Virus record (IMG/VR): IMGVR_UViG_3300032319_001216
Span: 1-36,783 of that record
Strand: one strand, 5' to 3'
Origin: a virus
Lineage: Duplodnaviria; Caudoviricetes
DNA: 36,783 bases
Position 1 is the first letter of the stretch. The number at the start of each line of letters is the position of its first letter. Positions 32,857-36,783 of this stretch are shown here, piece after piece. The translations under genes and the position numbers were made by a program. Under the pieces are notes generated by a model. That model was not told where the DNA came from. It made no database searches and was given only the letters and a program-made list of their open reading frames with translations.

Positions 32857-33347
32857 GACTCCTCCTGCGTCCGCGCGCGGGCGAGGTTGATCGCCTTGAC
32901 GCACACCTGCTCGGCCAGGAACGGCCAGCGCTCGACAAGCTTGTCGAACGCCGCCTTGTCCGGGTAAGCGACCGAGACACGCGCGAGCTCGTCTTGTGCG
33001 TCCGGGCTCTCGAATCCCTTCTTCGTGCGGAAGCGCTTGACGTGCACCTGCGCCGGCGTCCGAGCGACGATCATGTGCCCCTCGTCCGTGCGCAGCACCG
33101 CGAGCGCCTTGCCGACGGGCCCGTACTGCTCGACGAGCGCCTCCAGCTTCTCGGCTTCGTTCGCCTGGCGCTCCTCCGCTTCGAGCTCGAGCTCGAGCTT
33201 CTTCTTCCTCTGCGCCGCCGCGATGCGATCCTGCGTCGCTTCCTTGCGCGCTCGCGCGGCGTCGATGCGGGCCTGCATGTCGGCCAGCTCCTGGTCGTCG
33301 GCGTTCGCCGCCGGCACGGCCGTGGTCGGGTCGCCCATGGTGATCAC
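32847..33347 (-). CDS. Tail assembly chaperone (gpG-like)
   Basis: Follows the tube gene and ends in G-GGG-GAA-TAG. The start may be 33338. Confidence 0.75.
   Translation of the reverse strand: MITMGDPTTAVPAANADDQELADMQARIDAARARKEATQDRIAAAQRKKKLELELEAEERQANEAEKLEALVEQYGPVGKALAVLRTDEGHMIVARTPAQVHVKRFRTKKGFESPDAQDELARVSVAYPDKAAFDKLVERWPFLAEQVCVKAINLARARTQEESGE
32850..32856 (-). other. Programmed -1 ribosomal frameshift site G GGG GAA
   Basis: The heptamer lies immediately before the chaperone stop, and the downstream ORF is in the -1 frame. Confidence 0.75.
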
Positions 33348-33826
33348 CCGGCCTCGGCCGTGGCGTCGTAGAGCGACAGCCCGTTGACGCGAATGCCCAT
33401 GATGTCGAACTCCCAGTCCTCCATCGAGGGGTCCGCGCCCTCCTTCTCGGAGCTGCCCTCGACGGCGACCGCGAGGTCGTCGAACTCGACCGTGATGGGC
33501 TCGTCGTTGCCGTCGACGTACTGCAGAGAGGCCGGAAGGGAGTCTGCGTTGCCGTAGCTCTTTCCGTCATCCGACAGCGCCGCGAACTGCTTCCGGACGA
33601 CCTGGGCGGTGTCCTTCATGAACTTCACCTTGAGGTTGTCGAACTCAACCTTGCCGCCCGTGCGGCCGCGGGGACGGGCGCTCTTGCCCATCCCGTACGC
33701 CTTCGTACGGGTGCGCTTCTGGCCCCACGAGATCTCGCTGAGCCCGGTGTACGGAACGCCGCCGATCTTGAAGATGGTCGACGACCAGGAGTAGAGGTTG
33801 CCGTTGATCCTGACGTTGTCGCTCAT
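33344..33826 (-). CDS. Tail tube protein
   Basis: 160 aa after the sheath gene; RINGNLYSWSS...YGMG...PRGRTGG. Confidence 0.8.
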   Translation of the reverse strand: MSDNVRINGNLYSWSSTIFKIGGVPYTGLSEISWGQKRTRTKAYGMGKSARPRGRTGGKVEFDNLKVKFMKDTAQVVRKQFAALSDDGKSYGNADSLPASLQYVDGNDEPITVEFDDLAVAVEGSSEKEGADPSMEDWEFDIMGIRVNGLSLYDATAEAG

Positions 33827-33838
33827 GGTCCGTTCCTC

Positions 33839-35287
33839 TTAGGCGGCCTGCAGGAGCAGCGCCGGGTTCGAGAACTGCGCGGTGAGCTCGATGTCCTCCG
33901 CGTACGCGAGCGGGACGAGCTTGAAGGCGCCGGTCAGCGTCTTCGTCGAGAGCAGGTTGTCGTTGCGGGAGATCGTGACGGTCCACGCGCTCGCCTTCGG
34001 CGCCGCGCCGAGCACGGCCTTGAGCGCCGCGCGCGCGCCGGTCTCGATGTCCCTGGCCTCGGACTCGAGGATGTAGCCCGTCTTCGGGCTGACGAGGGTC
34101 GGCTTGCCGAGCCGCTTCACGAAGTAGGCGTAGAGCGCCTCGAGCGCGACGTTCATCACGCGCGTGTACGGCGAGATGGTGTAGTCCGAGCCCGACGCGG
34201 AGAGGATCCGCGGCGCGGTGACGTAGGTGCCCTCGTAGTTGTCCCAGGTGCGCAGCGTGGCGAACCTGAGGTCGTCGAGGCCGGGGTTGACCGCCTCGTC
34301 GTGCTCGTCGGGGTTGCCGTCGTCCTTGCGGATCGCGATGCCGAGCAGCGCGCCGAGGTCGAGGTCGGTCAGGTTGATGTGGTCGTCGACCGTCAGCGCG
34401 CGCGGTGCGATGCCGAACGCCGAGGGGCGCCGGTACTGCCGCTGCGAGATCGCCGAGATGGCCTTGCACGCGCCGGCGCACACCATCACGCGATCGTCCG
34501 CCTGCGAGCCCCACGCGCCCGCGAGCGAGGACTGGTAGGTCGCGTCGCTTTCGCTCGCGTTCGGCATCCGCGTCTCGAGGACGGCCCAACGGTACTTGTG
34601 GGCCGCCGCCATCGCGTCGAGCGCACCGGTGACCGCGCCGAACGTGCCGCTGCTCGCGGGACCGACCACCTGGATGCCGCGGAACTTCCCGGCCCAGTTG
34701 GTGAGGGCCGTGAGCGCGGTCCCGAGGTCGGTCGCGCCGACGTGCGGCGCGGTGAGCGGCGCCTTGATCGTGTCGCCCGCGACCAGCGTGCCGCTGGTGA
34801 AGTTCACCGTGGCGCCGGAGCCCGGGATCAGGAAGCTGTTCGCGGTGCCCAGCGCGGTGACGGGCGAGAGCGTGCGCCCACCGTCGAGCGACCACCGGAT
34901 CTTGCCCCCCGCCGTGCCGATCGTGCAGCCCGCGGTCACGACGATGTACGCCTCGTGATCGTCGACGGGGACGGAGCCCGAGTCGATGCTCGCGACGCTC
35001 GTACCCGTGCCCGTCTGGGTCACGGAGCCCGCCGAGCCGGCGGTCGTGGTCGTCGCCCGCACGACGGTCACCGGGCAGCCGTAGCGATCGACCAGGTACG
35101 CTGCCTGCTCGAGCAGCGGGCCGCTCACCAGCTGCGTCACGAGGTCGCTGACGCGTGAAAACGTGCCCGGCAGGGCGATGTCGCCGGCGCCGGCCGGGCC
35201 GACGAGCACGGGGGGCCGGAACGCCGCGTTCGGCGAAACGCCGAGGCCGCCGTTGATCCTGGTGATGTTGACTCTCGGTGCGACCAT
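33839..35287 (-). CDS. Contractile tail sheath protein (DUF2586-like)
   Basis: 482 aa; LDDLRFATLRTW...GTYVT...GSDY...RVMN...LVPLAYAEDIEL sheath C-terminal pattern. Confidence 0.85.
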   Translation of the reverse strand: MVAPRVNITRINGGLGVSPNAAFRPPVLVGPAGAGDIALPGTFSRVSDLVTQLVSGPLLEQAAYLVDRYGCPVTVVRATTTTAGSAGSVTQTGTGTSVASIDSGSVPVDDHEAYIVVTAGCTIGTAGGKIRWSLDGGRTLSPVTALGTANSFLIPGSGATVNFTSGTLVAGDTIKAPLTAPHVGATDLGTALTALTNWAGKFRGIQVVGPASSGTFGAVTGALDAMAAAHKYRWAVLETRMPNASESDATYQSSLAGAWGSQADDRVMVCAGACKAISAISQRQYRRPSAFGIAPRALTVDDHINLTDLDLGALLGIAIRKDDGNPDEHDEAVNPGLDDLRFATLRTWDNYEGTYVTAPRILSASGSDYTISPYTRVMNVALEALYAYFVKRLGKPTLVSPKTGYILESEARDIETGARAALKAVLGAAPKASAWTVTISRNDNLLSTKTLTGAFKLVPLAYAEDIELTAQFSNPALLLQAA

Positions 35288-35294
35288 GGGCTCC

Positions 35295-35858
35295 TCAGGA
35301 CGGCGCGAGGCCGTTCGGCTGCAGTTCGGTGGACACGCTCGGCGACGCGTCGGTGACTTCGCTCCACGCCTGGTCCGGCACAGACGCGTCGATGCTGCAG
35401 AGCACGCGGATCTCCGCGCCGAAGGGGGACTCGGTGCGCGCGACGAGGTAGCTCGCGCTCTGCACGGAGATCTGCGCCCCTGCGCCGATGGCGTACCCAG
35501 CCAAGTGCAGCGAGCGGCGCCAGGCGTCGTAGAGCTTACGCACGGCCTGGTATTGCAGTCGCTCGTCGCGATCGTTCGCGGCGTCGCGCGCCCACAGGTA
35601 GACCGTGAAGAGCTCGCCGAGCGTCGCGATCGGCCGCGGGTTGCGGCCGGGCCGCACCGCCGGCTTGTCTGCGCCGAGGGAGCCGCTCTTGTCGTCGCCC
35701 GGCACGAACACGACGCGCCGCACGCGCGCGGCGCCCTGGTTCGTCTGCTTGGGCGGCTCTCGCCAGCCGAACGCGAACGAGGTGTCCGCCGGCCCGTCGG
35801 CCGTGAACACCGCCTGCACGGCGTCGTAGAGCGCGGGGAGCGCCAGGAGGTCAGCCAC
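35295..35858 (-). CDS. Putative tail terminator / neck protein
   Basis: 187 aa from GTG 35858, between the head-tail adaptor and sheath; FTVYLWA beta-strand. Confidence 0.6.
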   Translation of the reverse strand: MADLLALPALYDAVQAVFTADGPADTSFAFGWREPPKQTNQGAARVRRVVFVPGDDKSGSLGADKPAVRPGRNPRPIATLGELFTVYLWARDAANDRDERLQYQAVRKLYDAWRRSLHLAGYAIGAGAQISVQSASYLVARTESPFGAEIRVLCSIDASVPDQAWSEVTDASPSVSTELQPNGLAPS

Positions 35859-36315
35859 CGCGCACCGCCTGCTGTTGCGCATCCGTCCAGTCGTACGGCG
35901 ATGCTTCGGAGTACCCGTACGGGCCACCGTTGACGACGCCGCGGACGGTCGTGTCGGCGCGGAGGGGCAGGTCGAACTTGCCCCCCTCGCTGTCGGCAGC
36001 CTCGGTGAGTTCCGCGATCGCCGTTTTGGCGTCCTCGCCGACCATCGCGAACTGGGCGTCCGCGGGGTTCACGCCGCGCTTCATGTACACCAGAGGCGTC
36101 ACCAAGCGCGTGAGCCAGTCGCAGACGACTTCCGGCGGCGGATCCTTGAACGGAGTGGCGTAGCGCTTCTCGAGGCGCGCGTTAATGAGCGCGCTCTTCG
36201 ACCTGAGCTGCTGCAAAATCCACCCGGGCGCGACGTCCTCGACGCCATCGACGTCGACGTCGGGCATCACGGTTCTGGCCTTGAAGCCGTCGAGATCGAG
36301 GTAGGCGTCAGCCAC
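35851..36315 (-). CDS. Head-tail adaptor, Mu gp36/DUF1320-like
   Basis: AYLDLDGF...SALINARLEKRYATPF..PP; first gene after the capsid gene. Confidence 0.8.
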   Translation of the reverse strand: MADAYLDLDGFKARTVMPDVDVDGVEDVAPGWILQQLRSKSALINARLEKRYATPFKDPPPEVVCDWLTRLVTPLVYMKRGVNPADAQFAMVGEDAKTAIAELTEAADSEGGKFDLPLRADTTVRGVVNGGPYGYSEASPYDWTDAQQQAVRGG

Positions 36316-36335
36316 AGTTCACGGTGCCTTTCGAC

Positions 36336-36386
36336 GCCCCGACCCCGGGGCTCGCCGCTTGCGCGACGTCCTACCGGGGCAGGGGC
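36336..36386 (-). terminator. GC-rich hairpin between the capsid and adaptor genes (possible attenuator or mRNA stabiliser)
   Basis: GCCCC-ga-CCCCGG (36336-36348) pairs with CCGGGG-ca-GGGGC (36374-36386); no U-tract follows. Confidence 0.4.
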
Positions 36387-36414
36387 TTGCTCGGCGCGCG
36401 GCGTGCGCCAGGCG

Positions 36415-36783
36415 TCAGGTGGGCTCGACGCGGTAAAACAGGTACGGGTGCCCGTACGCCGAGGTGTTGCGACCGCGCAGGTGCCACTCGAACACGTTGA
36501 GCCGGTTCAGGTCGGCCTGGGTAAGGCCGGTGAACGAGTCGAGCTCGAACGGCTTGCGCTCCTGGTAGACGAACGCGCCGTTGAGCGCGTCCTCGTCGGC
36601 CTCGCAGCCGACGTACCAGACGCCCGCCTCGCTCGAAAACTCCGGCACCACGACCGGCTGCCCGAACGAGTACGCCCGCTTGATCATGTTGGTGGCGGTC
36701 GCCGCGCGGTTGGTACCGAGCGTGAGCGCGTCCGTGATGATCTCGGCGTTGGTGATCGTCTGCGCCGCGAGCTGGTTGGACGG
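36415..36783 (-). CDS. Major capsid protein, C-terminal part (same gene as 1-723)
   Basis: WYVGC...FVYQERKP...RGRNTSAYGHP is the Mu gpT-like C-terminal signature, and the frame is continuous with 1-723. Confidence 0.9.
   Translation of the reverse strand, partial: PSNQLAAQTITNAEIITDALTLGTNRAATATNMIKRAYSFGQPVVVPEFSSEAGVWYVGCEADEDALNGAFVYQERKPFELDSFTGLTQADLNRLNVFEWHLRGRNTSAYGHPYLFYRVEPT
36661..36783. repeat. Terminal direct repeat copy 2, identical to 1-123
   Basis: Exact match to the window start. Confidence 0.97.

Noticed and set aside
1-36783. Transposable (Mu-type) lifestyle suggested by the Mu-like head genes
   Set aside because: No DDE transposase, MuB, Mor/C or gin-type invertase was found, while int, xis, attP and an initiator/loader pair are present

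Overview
The window looks like the complete, circularly closed genome of a high-GC (roughly 70% by eye) temperate phage with a contractile tail. It has 36,660 bp of unique sequence, since bases 1-123 are repeated exactly at 36661-36783. Almost all genes lie on the minus strand. Reading from the lytic promoter, the order is: cro, CII-like gene, small genes, YfdP/YfdQ(DUF2303)-like pair, DnaA-domain-IV-like gene, xis, tyrosine integrase, C5 methyltransferase, ASCH, LexA-like HTH, amino-methyltransferase, nucleoside deoxyribosyltransferase-like gene, replication initiator (with internal iterons), DnaC-like loader, RuvC, TerS, TerL, portal, S49 protease/scaffold, decoration protein, Mu gpT-like capsid (spanning the join), neck, sheath, tube, frameshifting chaperone, tape measure, baseplate, fibres and lysis genes. 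A short accessory/immunity block (18.3-21.6 kb) holds the repressor, an ImmA/IrrE-like protein with HExxE instead of HExxH, and a Cys-rich myxobacterial-style lipoprotein. The host is inferred, not proven, to be a myxobacterium. The most notable feature is a tRNA(Asn)-like attP core inside the integrase gene, directly upstream of a gap-free chain of 11 translationally coupled methylation and replication genes. Integration would swap the integrase C-terminus and also cut the whole replication module off from its promoter, which suggests an excision-licensed replication switch. Other notable points are a nested scaffold with a Cys-rich helical N-terminus, twin operator-bearing promoters, and a TGTAACGG motif ahead of terS and portal. 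All family assignments come from motif recognition by eye; no searches were run.
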